DNA of 33,580 bases, from NCBI GenBank assembly GCA_030591065.1, contig JAUVBU010000001.1, positions 1-33,580 of the forward strand, written 5' to 3'. A program made the translations under genes and the position numbers. Shown here piece by piece: positions 1-9,293 of the stretch (positions are counted from its first letter, which is position 1; the number at the start of each line of letters is the position of its first letter). Origin of the DNA: a bacterium (GTDB taxonomy: Bacteria > Patescibacteriota > Minisyncoccia > Minisyncoccales > JANBVM01). The notes below the pieces were generated by a model. That model was not told the DNA's origin and searched no databases. It worked only from the letters and a program-made list of their open reading frames with translations.

Positions 1-26
1 AAGGGAGCTCTGTAAGTTTACTTTTG

Positions 27-110
27 TGCCGCGGGTGGGAGTCGAACCCACAAGCTGTTTCCAGCACAAACTTCTGAAGCTTGCGTGTCTACCAGTTTCA
101 CCACCGCGAC
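27..110 (-). tRNA. tRNA-Leu, anticodon CAG, type II with long variable arm; 3' CCA not encoded
   Basis: Reverse complement folds as a cloverleaf: 7-bp acceptor stem GTCGCGG/CCGCGGC (one G-U pair), D-arm, anticodon stem CAAGC/GTTTG with loop TTCAGAA giving anticodon CAG, long variable stem-loop, and T-arm GTGGG-TTCGACT-CCCAC. Folded by eye; no tRNA-finding program was run. Confidence 0.8.
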
Positions 111-222
111 TAGTGTTGCGAAACTTTTTATTTACCTGTATGAGAAAAATGAAAACTAGTGTCAAAAATTAATACTTTTTTTGTGTAAAAATTTAGAGAA
201 AACTATTTTCCATAGAGAGATT

Positions 223-1050
223 TTATTTTTTTGTTTTTGAGAGAAAAATAAAGCTTTTTGTCCACTTTTCTTTATCTCCACATTCTAGCCATTTTCCTTT
301 TACGCAAAATCCAAAAACTTTTTTCCCCTCTTTAACCATTTCTTTTAAGGCGTTAGCTAAAATGATTTCTCCATTTTGAGGTTTTATTTTTTTAAGATAC
401 TTAAAGATTTCAGGGGTCATAACGTAGTTTCCAACTAATGCAAAGTTGGAAGGAAGATTTTTTTTAGGTTTTTCTATTAAATCTTCAATTTCGTATAATC
501 CATTTTTACTCTTTTTTACTTTAGGTACTCCGTAAGCAGAAAGCTTGTTTTTAGGCATTTTATACAAACAAACGAGTGGTTTTTTGATTACCTTAAAGGC
601 TTTTATAAGTTGGGTGGGGAATTGTTCTTTTCCCCAAGAAAGGTCATCTCCAAAAAGAACCAAGAAGGGTTCTTTTCCCACAAGCTTTTCAGCCTTTAAT
701 ATGGCGTCTCCGTCTCCTAACGGTTTTTTTTGAATTACGTACTTGCACTTTATTTTCGGAATCTCTTTTAAGGCTTTTATAGCTGCTACCTTCTTTCTTT
801 TTTTAAGAAGCTTTAGAAGAGCTTTTTCTTCTCTAAAATATTTTAGAATGTAATTTTTAAAGATGTCCTTTTTTTTGGGAGAAACTACAAAAATAATTTC
901 TTCAATTCCGGCGTTAATGGCAGAATCAATTACATATTGAATTACAGGTTTAGTTCCTAGTGGAAAAAACTCTTTTGGTAAAACTTTTGATAGTGGCAAA
1001 AACCTTGTTCCTAATCCTGCCATTGGTATAACTACTTTTTTTATTTTCAT
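223..1050 (-). CDS. galU: UTP--glucose-1-phosphate uridylyltransferase-like sugar nucleotidyltransferase
   Basis: The 275-aa N-terminus MKIKKVVIPMAGLGTRFLPLSKVLPKE matches the GalU / G1P-nucleotidyltransferase signature PxAGxGTRxLP..K..PKE. TAA stop. Confidence 0.7.
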   Translation of the reverse strand: MKIKKVVIPMAGLGTRFLPLSKVLPKEFFPLGTKPVIQYVIDSAINAGIEEIIFVVSPKKKDIFKNYILKYFREEKALLKLLKKRKKVAAIKALKEIPKIKCKYVIQKKPLGDGDAILKAEKLVGKEPFLVLFGDDLSWGKEQFPTQLIKAFKVIKKPLVCLYKMPKNKLSAYGVPKVKKSKNGLYEIEDLIEKPKKNLPSNFALVGNYVMTPEIFKYLKKIKPQNGEIILANALKEMVKEGKKVFGFCVKGKWLECGDKEKWTKSFIFLSKTKK

Positions 1051-1083
1051 TTTAATGGTGTATCTCTTAGATTAGTTGATTGA

Positions 1084-2079
1084 TTATTTTTTCATTTTTT
1101 TCTTAAATTTTTCGACGAGTTCAACTGGAATAGGATCTATTTTGTTTTCTAGGGCTAGATAATATGATACCCAATCACTCAAGATAAGACTGGAAAAGAT
1201 TTTAGATAAAGTGTTTTTTCCTTCCATTTTAATAAAATCTACTTTAATCTTTTTGCTTCTTAATATTTCTGCTGTTAACTTCATCCTTTTTAATATTTTG
1301 GGATTATCTTTCGCGTCTCTTAATATTAAAGCATGAAATTTTCCTATTTTTTGCTTTTCAATTCTTGAGAATCCAACCATTTCATTATGGTTTAATTCTG
1401 GGAGATAATTATGAAAAGAAGGCACCTTGGAGTTTTCATTGAATTTAATTTTCCAGATTCGAGCAATCTCTTTAATTTTATCAGAAGCATAAATTAAAGG
1501 AATCTTATTTTTTAGTTTTTTAGCCAACCTTCTTCCCTGTGCTTCTAGTTTTTTAGAGTTAAGTTCTTTCTCTAAAGATAAAATAGCTTTTTCTTTATTT
1601 TCAATAAGGCGAGCTTTAAATAAAAGTTTTACTAAAGATCCAAATTGAAAACCTAAAGTTGTTCTGGGAGGATAATTTTTAGGGAAGAGGACTAAGGGAA
1701 CATTTTTTTTCTTACAAGCCTTAGCTAGTTTTCCACCAGAAGTAATAGCTGCTATTTTTAGTTTTTTTCTTTGAGCTTCTTTAAATGCAGATAAAACCTC
1801 TTCGGTATTTCCAGAATAAGAAATAAATAATACTAAATATTCCTTATCTACAAACTTAGGGAGAGAGTATTTCCTGTTTATTATTAAAGGAACTCTGGTT
1901 TTATAGTCTTCTAGCCACGTTTTTAGAATTTCTCCTCCTAGGGCGCTACCACCCATAGCACAAATTATTACAGCCTTGAACTTGCCATGAATCTTGATAT
2001 CTTTAACAGCTTCAACCCCAACTTTAAATTGTGTTGGAAAATCTAAGATGATTTGACGCATGTTAGATGTATTTGTCAT
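1084..2079 (-). CDS. bifunctional phosphoglucose/phosphomannose isomerase (SIS domain, archaeal-type PGI/PMI)
   Basis: 331 aa. The motif CAMGGSALGGEIL, the length and the organisation are typical of the archaeal/CPR-type PGI/PMI family. Confidence 0.65.
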   Translation of the reverse strand: MTNTSNMRQIILDFPTQFKVGVEAVKDIKIHGKFKAVIICAMGGSALGGEILKTWLEDYKTRVPLIINRKYSLPKFVDKEYLVLFISYSGNTEEVLSAFKEAQRKKLKIAAITSGGKLAKACKKKNVPLVLFPKNYPPRTTLGFQFGSLVKLLFKARLIENKEKAILSLEKELNSKKLEAQGRRLAKKLKNKIPLIYASDKIKEIARIWKIKFNENSKVPSFHNYLPELNHNEMVGFSRIEKQKIGKFHALILRDAKDNPKILKRMKLTAEILRSKKIKVDFIKMEGKNTLSKIFSSLILSDWVSYYLALENKIDPIPVELVEKFKKKMKK

Positions 2080-2117
2080 GGTTTTTTTATTAAATTATAA
2101 AAAGTTCTTTATAAAGA

Positions 2118-4106
2118 CTATTTCCAAGCTCTTTTTGTGTGGATATACCAATTTCCGATTTCGCTAAATCTTTTTGATGAATCAGCAAGAATTCCGGTTG
2201 ATATTCCTTGAATTTCTTCTGAAACAAAATAACGATAATCTGGGGTGTAAAGAAAAATTGCAGGGCAATCTTCGAGGAGAAGATTTTGAAACTCTTCTAA
2301 GCTTTCTTGTCTTTCTGTTGCGTCCAAAGATTTTCTATTAGCTTCTAAAAGCTTATCACACTCTGTATTTTCATAATCAGTTAGGTTTAATCCGATTTCT
2401 CCCTTTTGAGAAGAGTGCCAAAAGGGGAATGGGTCTGGAATTAAACTTAAAATTTCTCCGAACAAAAGGGCTTCGAACTCTCTTTTACGAAGAATATCTC
2501 TCTTCATAATACTAATATCGAAAGTTTGAATTTCTACATCAACCCCTAATAATCCCCACTGGTTTTTTAAGAGAGTAGCTATTTCTATTAAAAGGGGCTG
2601 GTCAACTGTTAAGAGAGAAAATTTAAGAGGAATTTTTTCTTCTGGTTTTTCAAAGCAAACTTCGTTTAATTTTTCTCTTGTTTTACTTTTTACATCTCCA
2701 GTTCCCTGAGTTAAGCCAAAGGGACTTAAAACATCGCTACTATATTTTTCTTGAAATTTAATTACAGCGGCTTTGGTTTGGGAGCCAAAATATCCTGTTA
2801 TTTTTCCTTCTGGATAAATTTCTGGCCCACCAGCAGAAGGATTAGCTAAGCATTTTTGAAGTTCTGTCACCTCTGAACCTTTTGATCCAACAGATAAATT
2901 AGCTTCAAACTTAAAGGCTATATCTTTTTTTATAGTTTTTTCTCTAAAACCATTTTCTTGAAGTAAAAATCCAGCTTCTTCTAAGAGACTATTTGCTTCC
3001 TCAACATTATATTCATAAAGATATAAAGGGTCTTCAAAGCCATAAATATTAGGAAGAATAGGGGAATTTATAATTTTTCCTTGACCTAAAAGGATTGTTT
3101 CTAAAAGTTCTTTTTTATTTGTACCATAAGTTAAAGCCATTCTAACTTCTTTTTCAGCTAAAGCTTCAGCTTTATCTTCTGGAGCATCTTGGTTAAAAAA
3201 AACAGAAAAATATCTTGGTATGGAAAAAGAGTAAATATTTTCAGTTTCAGGAAGTGGACTAGTCGAATCTAGGGAGAATCCTTTGATTTTTCCTTCTTCA
3301 TAAGCTACTATTAGTTCTTCTTCTGTTTCAAAAAACAAGAAAGATATTTTAGAAAGATGGGGAGCTTCGTTGAAATATAATGGGTTTTTAACTAAATCTA
3401 AAGAAATAATCCTTCCTTCACTATCTTGAAATAAATCTTCTAATTTGTATGGCCCAGAACCTATAGGGTTAAGGTTCTTTCTTGTTAATAGAAGGTTTTT
3501 TAAAGAAACATCTTTCCAGATATGTTCTGGTATTATCTTCAAAGTACAGTTTTCTAAAAAGACAGAAGATGGATTTTTAAGAGTAAAACGTAAAACAAAG
3601 TCAGAAATTTTTATTATTTCCACCCCTAGCCACATTGGCCTTAAAGGGCTCCCTGCTTCAGAGTTTTTAATTGTTTCTATTGTGAAGATAATGTCATCTA
3701 CTGTTAGTGGCTCAGAATCTTCCCATAGAATATTTTTTTTTAAATGAAACTCGTAAATCTTTCCGTCTTCGAAAATATTATAATTTTTTGCTAAATCTAA
3801 TTTAAGCGTACCACTGGAATCATATTTCATTAAACCTGAGAAAATAAGTTCAGTTAGGTCTCGGTCTACGTCTGACGCGGCAGAGTAAAGGGGATTAATA
3901 AATAAAGGAGAACCTACTACTCCTTCTATATATGTTCCACCTGAGGTTGGGACAATCTTTGTTTTTTCAAAATAAAAATTACCTAAAAGAAAAGATAGGG
4001 ATGTGAAAAATAAAAAAGAAAGAAGAAGAAAAGAGAATCTTTCTCTCTTACCTAAAACTTTAAAAAATTGCCCCCACTGTTGTGTCGAAGGCCGTTTAGC
4101 AATCAT
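2118..4106 (-). CDS. membrane-anchored family-5 solute-binding protein (peptide/nickel-type SBP) with an inserted peptidoglycan-binding (PG_binding_1-like) domain
   Basis: 662 aa. N-terminal hydrophobic anchor FSFLLLSFLFFTSLSFLLG. SBP_bac_5-like core. The internal segment TELQKCLAN...GKITGYFGSQTKAAVIKFQEKY matches the PG_binding_1 pattern LQ..L....DG.FG..T..AV..FQ. No ABC permease or ATPase genes are adjacent. Confidence 0.6.
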   Translation of the reverse strand: MIAKRPSTQQWGQFFKVLGKRERFSFLLLSFLFFTSLSFLLGNFYFEKTKIVPTSGGTYIEGVVGSPLFINPLYSAASDVDRDLTELIFSGLMKYDSSGTLKLDLAKNYNIFEDGKIYEFHLKKNILWEDSEPLTVDDIIFTIETIKNSEAGSPLRPMWLGVEIIKISDFVLRFTLKNPSSVFLENCTLKIIPEHIWKDVSLKNLLLTRKNLNPIGSGPYKLEDLFQDSEGRIISLDLVKNPLYFNEAPHLSKISFLFFETEEELIVAYEEGKIKGFSLDSTSPLPETENIYSFSIPRYFSVFFNQDAPEDKAEALAEKEVRMALTYGTNKKELLETILLGQGKIINSPILPNIYGFEDPLYLYEYNVEEANSLLEEAGFLLQENGFREKTIKKDIAFKFEANLSVGSKGSEVTELQKCLANPSAGGPEIYPEGKITGYFGSQTKAAVIKFQEKYSSDVLSPFGLTQGTGDVKSKTREKLNEVCFEKPEEKIPLKFSLLTVDQPLLIEIATLLKNQWGLLGVDVEIQTFDISIMKRDILRKREFEALLFGEILSLIPDPFPFWHSSQKGEIGLNLTDYENTECDKLLEANRKSLDATERQESLEEFQNLLLEDCPAIFLYTPDYRYFVSEEIQGISTGILADSSKRFSEIGNWYIHTKRAWK

Positions 4107-4114
4107 GAGTTAAA

Positions 4115-4330
4115 TTAGATAGTAATATTTAATAAGGCTAAAGCAACAAAGGCTGTGCCCAAAACTACTGTTGCCCAAAAAATCTTTTTTTCTGCACCTC
4201 TTCTTGCTGAGTAAAATTCTCCGCTTCCACCAAAAGCAGAACCCAAAGAACTTCCTCTTTGCTGTAAGAGAATTAAAATCATTAAAGATATAGATACTGT
4301 AATTTGTGAGATAAGTAAAAGGTTGTTCAT
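4115..4330 (-). CDS. secG: preprotein translocase subunit SecG; start taken at the internal Met MNNLLLIS rather than the longest ORF
   Basis: LLILLQQRGSSLGSAFGGSGE...YSARRGAEK is the SecG signature. The longer upstream ORF would overlap the next gene by 112 nt; starting at 4330 gives the usual 4-nt ATGA overlap. Confidence 0.7.
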   Translation of the reverse strand: MNNLLLISQITVSISLMILILLQQRGSSLGSAFGGSGEFYSARRGAEKKIFWATVVLGTAFVALALLNITI

Positions 4331-4704
4331 TTTCTTAATCCTAGAAAAAAGTTTGTTATCCAAACAATAGCTGCTGTGAAGAATAATGGAGTTAATCCCA
4401 ATACTGTAAATTCTTGGAAGAAGACGTCCAAGAGCCAAATAGTTATTAAGTCAAGAATAAAGGGAAACAGGCCTAACGTCAAGAGCCTTAAAGGAAGAGT
4501 TATCCTATTTATTATCGGCCTAACAAAGAAATTAACTATACCCAAAATACCTCCAACTAAAAGTAACGCTTGTATTTCTTGGGCAATTTCTATTCTAAAA
4601 AAAGTTTCTCCTGGGATAACTTCTAAGCTAGCTCCAGGAACAAACCTTCCTGCTAGAAAAATTGATAAAACTCCGGCAACAATGTGCCAAAATAGTCGTT
4701 CCAT
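4327..4704 (-). CDS. PF04020 (DUF360 / phage-holin_4_2-like, YvlD-type) four-helix membrane protein
   Basis: IVNFFVRPIINRITLPLRLLTLGLFPFILDLITIWLL closely parallels B. subtilis YvlD (LVNTFIRPIL..LTLPLTILTLGLFSLVIN). Confidence 0.7.
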   Translation of the reverse strand: MERLFWHIVAGVLSIFLAGRFVPGASLEVIPGETFFRIEIAQEIQALLLVGGILGIVNFFVRPIINRITLPLRLLTLGLFPFILDLITIWLLDVFFQEFTVLGLTPLFFTAAIVWITNFFLGLRK

Positions 4705-4724
4705 AAATGATATATTAATTGAAA

Positions 4725-4753
4725 ACTATACTCTTTGGCCTTTAGAATGTCAA
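4725..4753 (-). promoter_or_regulatory. putative sigma70 promoter (TTGACA-N17-TATAGT on the minus strand) for the PF04020-secG operon
   Basis: The reverse complement reads tTTGACAttctaaaggccaaagagTATAGT about 20 nt upstream of the ATG at 4704. Confidence 0.4.
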
Positions 4754-4797
4754 ACTAAAGAGTTCTTCTTTTCCAAAAGTATAATAGCAAAAAAGGA

Positions 4798-6123
4798 CTA
4801 ACTTAGCAACCCTTTTTTTCTTAACTTTTTATGATAGGTTATAGCAAAACGATGAGACTCGTCCCTTAGCTGTAAAACCAAATCAAATATTTCTCTGGGT
4901 AATTTTTCTAATAAAAGTGGTTCTTTGTAATTCTCAATATATAGCTTGTTATATTTTTTTGCTATACTGGCAATTATTATTTTTTTAGCTACACTATTTT
5001 CTTTTTTTACCAAAAGAGCAGTGTTTAGTTGAGGTTTTCCCCCATCTATTAAAACTAAGCCCGGGAGGGTCCACTCAGGATGTTTTAATCTTCTACTTAA
5101 AACTTCTTTTATCATTGCGGTGTCGTTCGGCTTTCCTGTGATTTTAATTTTAAAACGACGATACAGTTCTTTTTTAGATTTGCCATCAAGAAAGACAACC
5201 ATAGCCCCTGTGGCAAATTTACCGCAAATATTAGAAATATCATAAGCCTCAATTCTAGAAATATTCTTTTTTGTTTTTTATATTTTTTTTAGCTTGCTTT
5301 CAGTTTTTTTCCAACTGGATAAAGTTTTTTGTTTTGTTTTCCTAAAAACATCTTTTGAATCAGTGAACTCAATTTGTCTTTTAATGTTTACTGTCTTAAA
5401 CATTGGTAGGCGAGCGTTTTCTAGGATTTTTTCTAAAGCAAAAAATTGGTCTCTTATTTTCGCAGCTCTTTCAAATTTTTGAGACCTAGACATTATTTTC
5501 ATCTCTCTTTTTAAATTTTTAAGTACTACAGAACCGCTTCCCATTAAAACGGAGATTAATCTTTTAATGTTTTTTTGATATTCTTTTTTGTTTGGGTTTG
5601 GTCCTGGACAAAGATCTAATTGACACCAAGGACACAAAACTTTCGAATGTTTTTTAACGGTATAATAAGGGAAAACCCTTCTGAGTACTTTTAAGGTGCT
5701 TTTAATGGCAGAGCCATCTACAAATGGTCCTATAAATATTGCCTTTTCTTTAGCTTCTTTTGTTTTTGACTGGTGAGTCCAAAATATTTGCGGTAATTCT
5801 GCCTTTGTAATGCCTACGTAAAAATAGTTTTTATTATCTTTCCAAACAATATTGTATTTTGGTCTGTATTTTTTAATTAGATTGGCTTCTAAAATTAAAG
5901 CTTCTATTTCTGAGTTTGTTTCAATATATCCTATAGTTTTTACTTGATCTATAAAAAGATTGTCTCGGTAGTTGTTTTTTTGAAAATGGCTATTTGTTCG
6001 TTTTCTAAGATTAATAGCCTTACCAATATATAAAAAATCTTTATTTTTCTTAAACACATAAACTCCAGGCTTTTGAGGAAACTTAGAGGCGGAGTCTTTT
6101 TTTAAAAGTTTAAATCTTTTCAT
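4798..6123 (-). pseudogene. uvrC: excinuclease ABC subunit C (short form, no HhH2 tail) interrupted by a single in-frame TAA at 5278-5280 (minus-strand codon); the two ORF-track pieces 5278..6123 and 4798..5202 are one reading frame
   Basis: N-terminal piece: GIY-YIG (PGVYVFKK..LYIGKAINLRKR..SH), a Cys-rich segment and the UVR domain (FERAAKIRDQFFALEKI). The frame continues after the TAA as KTKKNISRIEAYDISNICGKFATGAMVVFLDGK, which is the UvrC RIECFDISH / VVF.DG motif, then LIDGGKPQLN and ESHRFAITYHKKLR. Both ORFs are in the same minus-strand frame, checked arithmetically. Confidence 0.65.
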
Positions 6124-6163
6124 TTTTTATCAAAAGTAGCTTAGTTTTTCATTATACTAGAGG

Positions 6164-6192
6164 TTGAAAAGTTTTGGAATTTAAGATATAAT
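6164..6192 (+). promoter_or_regulatory. sigma70-type promoter TTGAAA-N17-TATAAT for uvrA; the ATG lies 9 nt after the -10 element (near-leaderless)
   Basis: ttgaaa at 6164-6169 and tataat at 6187-6192; uvrA ATG at 6201. A divergent TATAAT for uvrC is present on the other strand (6151-6156). Confidence 0.45.
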
Positions 6193-6200
6193 AACCGGCC

Positions 6201-9041
6201 ATGTCTAAAAAATTTATTAAAATTAGGGGAGCCAAAGTTCACAACCTAAAAAATATTAATTTAGATATTCCTAAAGACAAATTAGTTGTTATTACTGGAG
6301 TTTCTGGTTCTGGTAAAACTTCCCTAGCTTTTGACACTCTTTACGCTGAAGGACAAAGAAGATACGTAGAATCTCTTTCTGCTTATGCTAGGCAATTTTT
6401 GGGTATAATGCAAAAACCTAACGTAGATAAAATTGAAGGAATCTCTCCAGCCATTTCGATTGATCAAAGAAAGGCATCTCACAATCCAAGGTCTACGGTA
6501 GGAACAATTACTGAAATATATGATTATTTAAGGTTGCTTTTTGCTAGAATTGGTACTCCTCATTGTCCTAAGTGTGGAAAAAAGATTTCAAGACAAACGA
6601 TTGATCAAATTACAAAACAAGTCTTAGGTTTAAAAAATAATGGGTCTAAAGTATCTGAAATCATGATTCTTGGGCCGGTAATTAGAGAAAAGAAAGGAGA
6701 ATATCACGGAGTTTTAGAGGAAATTCAAAGAAGTGGCTTTATTAGGGTTCGGGTTGATGGAGTAACGTATCGAACAGAAGAAGCTTTAATTTTAAAATTA
6801 GATAGATACAAAAAACACAATATTAACGTTGTGGTTGATCGGCTTATATTAGATAAAGATTTAGATAGAGCAAGGTTGGTTGATTCTTTAGAAACAGCTC
6901 TAAAATTAGGAAAGGGGGTTGCAATTATTCATCAACTATCAAAAAGCCAAGAAAAGAACCCAGAAGATTTAATTTTTTCAGAGCACTTTGCTTGCGAAAA
7001 ATGTAATATTTCTCTCCCAGAATTAGAACCAAGGTTATTTTCTTTTAATTCTCCATACGGTGCCTGTCCTTCCTGTCAAGGATTAGGTCGAAGATTAAAA
7101 GCGGACCCCAAAAGGGTAATTCCTAATTTAAATTTATCTATTGCCGAAGGGGCGGTTTTCCCCTGGGCTTATGCTTCTCATAAGGTTGGCCGTCAAGGAT
7201 ATTTTTGGAAAAAGCTAGAGGATTTAGCTCAAAGAAATAACTTTTCCTTGAATAATCCGGTTAAAGATTTACCAGAAACAGCTATAAATTTAATTTTATA
7301 TGGGGATAATAAATTTGAAGGTGTTGTTTTGTGGCTAGAAAGAAAGTTTTACGAAACAGGGTCAGAGCAGGCTAGGGATGAATATAGAAAATATATGGTG
7401 GAAAGGGAGTGTAGTACCTGTAATAGTAGGAGGTTAAAACCAGAAGTTTTAGCTGTAAAAGTAGCTCGAAAATCAATTTCGGAAATAGTAGATATGTCTA
7501 TTATCGAAACTAAAGTTTTTTTTAACGAATTATTAATAAAATTAAAACCTGAAGAACAAAAGATTGCTCAACCTATTATTAAGGAAATTATAAATCGACT
7601 TCAATTTTTAATTGATGTTGGTTTAAATTATTTAACCTTAAATAGGCAATCTTCTAGTCTTTCAGGGGGAGAGGAAGAAAGGATAAGATTAGCTACTCAA
7701 ATTGGATCAAGACTTACTGGGGTTTTATATATTCTAGATGAACCTTCAATTGGTCTTCATCCTAGAGATCAGGAAAGGTTAATTAAAACTCTTAAAAAAT
7801 TAAGAGATTTAGGCAATACGGTATTAGTTGTTGAGCACGACCCTCAAACCATTGCAGCTGCTGATTGGGTTATAGATATAGGTCCTGGTGCCGGAAAGCA
7901 CGGAGGAAAAGTTATTTTTGAGGGAACACCGAAAAAGCTACTTAAAACTCACTGTTTAACTGGAGACTATCTTTCTGGAAGAAAAAAGGTTGAAATTCCT
8001 AAAAAAGTAACACCGAACGACTCTTCGGTAGAGGTTAAAAAAAAACCTGAATTTTTAGTTATTAAGGGAGCTAAAGAACACAACTTAAAGAATATCGAAG
8101 TTAAGATCCCGTTAAGCAAGCTAGTCTGTATTACCGGTGCTTCTGGTTCTGGAAAGTCTTCTTTAATGAATGATATTTTAGCAAAAACCTTAATGAGAAA
8201 ATTTTACAATTCAAAAGAAGAGCCAGGAAAACATAAAAAGATTTTAGGATTAAACTATCTTAATAAGGTTGTCTTAATTGATCAATCTCCCATAGGAAGA
8301 ACTCCTAGGTCTAATCCAGCTACATATACAGGAGTTTTTACTTATGTTAGAGATCTTTTCGCAAAAACAAAAGAAGCTAGGATTAGGGGATATAATATTG
8401 GTAGATTTTCTTTCAACGTAAAAGGTGGAAGGTGTGAGAAGTGTCAAGGTCAAGGACAAATTAAAATTGAAATGTATTTTTTACCAGATATCTATATTCA
8501 ATGTTCAGAATGTAAAGGTAAAAGATTTAATAAGGAAACTTTATCAGTAGAATATAAGGGAAAAAACATTGCTGAGATTCTAGACTCTGCCGTAGAAGAT
8601 ACTTTAGATTTTTTTAAAAATATTCCAGGGTTATTTCAAAAAATAAAAGTTTTAAATGATGTAGGTTTGGGATATCTTAGTTTGGGACAACCAGCCCCTT
8701 CTTTGTCTGGGGGAGAAGCGCAGAGGATAAAATTAGCAGCTGAACTTTCTAAAAAAGCAACAGGAAGAACTCTTTATATTTTAGATGAACCTACTACTGG
8801 ACTTCACCCCGATGACGTTAAAAGGTTAGTGCAGGTCTTAAGAAAGCTAGTAGATAAAGGAAACACTGTTTTAGTGATAGAACACAACCTAGATGTTATT
8901 AAAAACTCAGATTGGGTTATTGATTTAGGTCCAGAAGGAGGAGACGAGGGAGGACAGATTATATTTGAAGGTAGTTCTGAAGACATAGTAAAGTGTAAAG
9001 AAAGTTATACTGGAAAGTTTTTAAAGAAAGCTTTATTCTAA
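6201..9041 (+). CDS. uvrA: excinuclease ABC subunit A
   Basis: 946 aa. Two ABC ATPase modules (GVSGSGKTSLAFDTLYAEGQRRYVESLS; GASGSGKSSL), zinc-finger Cys clusters and an LSGGE signature present twice. Confidence 0.95.
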   Translation: MSKKFIKIRGAKVHNLKNINLDIPKDKLVVITGVSGSGKTSLAFDTLYAEGQRRYVESLSAYARQFLGIMQKPNVDKIEGISPAISIDQRKASHNPRSTVGTITEIYDYLRLLFARIGTPHCPKCGKKISRQTIDQITKQVLGLKNNGSKVSEIMILGPVIREKKGEYHGVLEEIQRSGFIRVRVDGVTYRTEEALILKLDRYKKHNINVVVDRLILDKDLDRARLVDSLETALKLGKGVAIIHQLSKSQEKNPEDLIFSEHFACEKCNISLPELEPRLFSFNSPYGACPSCQGLGRRLKADPKRVIPNLNLSIAEGAVFPWAYASHKVGRQGYFWKKLEDLAQRNNFSLNNPVKDLPETAINLILYGDNKFEGVVLWLERKFYETGSEQARDEYRKYMVERECSTCNSRRLKPEVLAVKVARKSISEIVDMSIIETKVFFNELLIKLKPEEQKIAQPIIKEIINRLQFLIDVGLNYLTLNRQSSSLSGGEEERIRLATQIGSRLTGVLYILDEPSIGLHPRDQERLIKTLKKLRDLGNTVLVVEHDPQTIAAADWVIDIGPGAGKHGGKVIFEGTPKKLLKTHCLTGDYLSGRKKVEIPKKVTPNDSSVEVKKKPEFLVIKGAKEHNLKNIEVKIPLSKLVCITGASGSGKSSLMNDILAKTLMRKFYNSKEEPGKHKKILGLNYLNKVVLIDQSPIGRTPRSNPATYTGVFTYVRDLFAKTKEARIRGYNIGRFSFNVKGGRCEKCQGQGQIKIEMYFLPDIYIQCSECKGKRFNKETLSVEYKGKNIAEILDSAVEDTLDFFKNIPGLFQKIKVLNDVGLGYLSLGQPAPSLSGGEAQRIKLAAELSKKATGRTLYILDEPTTGLHPDDVKRLVQVLRKLVDKGNTVLVIEHNLDVIKNSDWVIDLGPEGGDEGGQIIFEGSSEDIVKCKESYTGKFLKKALF

Positions 9042-9119
9042 TTATTAAAAATTTACAGAAAAAATTAGTTGTGGAAAACCATTCTTCGTAACTAAAAATA
9101 GCCTTATTTACTTTAAAAC

Positions 9120-9148
9120 TTGACATATTTTCTACTTTTTTTTATATT
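9120..9148 (+). promoter_or_regulatory. sigma70 promoter TTGACA-N17-TATATT upstream of groES
   Basis: ttgaca at 9120-9125 and tatatt at 9143-9148. Confidence 0.5.
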
Positions 9149-9163
9149 TGATATATACAGAAA

Positions 9164-9190
9164 TTAGCACTCAAAGGTCGAGCCTGCTAA
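9164..9190 (+). promoter_or_regulatory. CIRCE-like HrcA operator (TTAGCACTC-N9-GCCTGCTAA; 16 of 18 positions match consensus)
   Basis: The left half is a perfect TTAGCACTC, the spacer is 9 nt, and the right half differs at 2 positions from GAGTGCTAA. It lies directly downstream of the -10 element, which is where CIRCE sits in groESL operons. Confidence 0.55.
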
Positions 9191-9293
9191 TATTTAAAAA
9201 ATAATATATAAAGAAACAAGGGACAGGAAATAGGACGTTTTGTGAAAAAAATGCACAATTTCCTGTTTACTGTCCATTGTGCACTACAAAAAA

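Noticed and set aside
4376-4801. 141-aa plus-strand ORF
   Set aside because: It is fully antisense to the PF04020 membrane-protein and secG genes, which have strong family signatures. Basic, low-complexity translation typical of antisense AT-rich coding DNA. The same applies to 545..733, 3445..3747, 5294..5482, 8274..8459, 8804..8986, 9814..10176, 10990..11199, 11725..11913, 12601..12792, 15064..15276, 17003..17227, 20953..21156, 22275..22457, 22831..23046, 24193..24378, 24957..25193 and 32461..32679, all nested antisense in confidently assigned genes.
4798-6123. Possibility that the in-frame TAA in uvrC reflects an alternative genetic code
   Set aside because: TAA terminates galU and uvrA, TAG terminates groEL, and TGA terminates rpoD and the ECF sigma gene, all at positions consistent with full-length homologs. 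The standard code applies, and TGA-recoding codes such as 25 or 4 are excluded.
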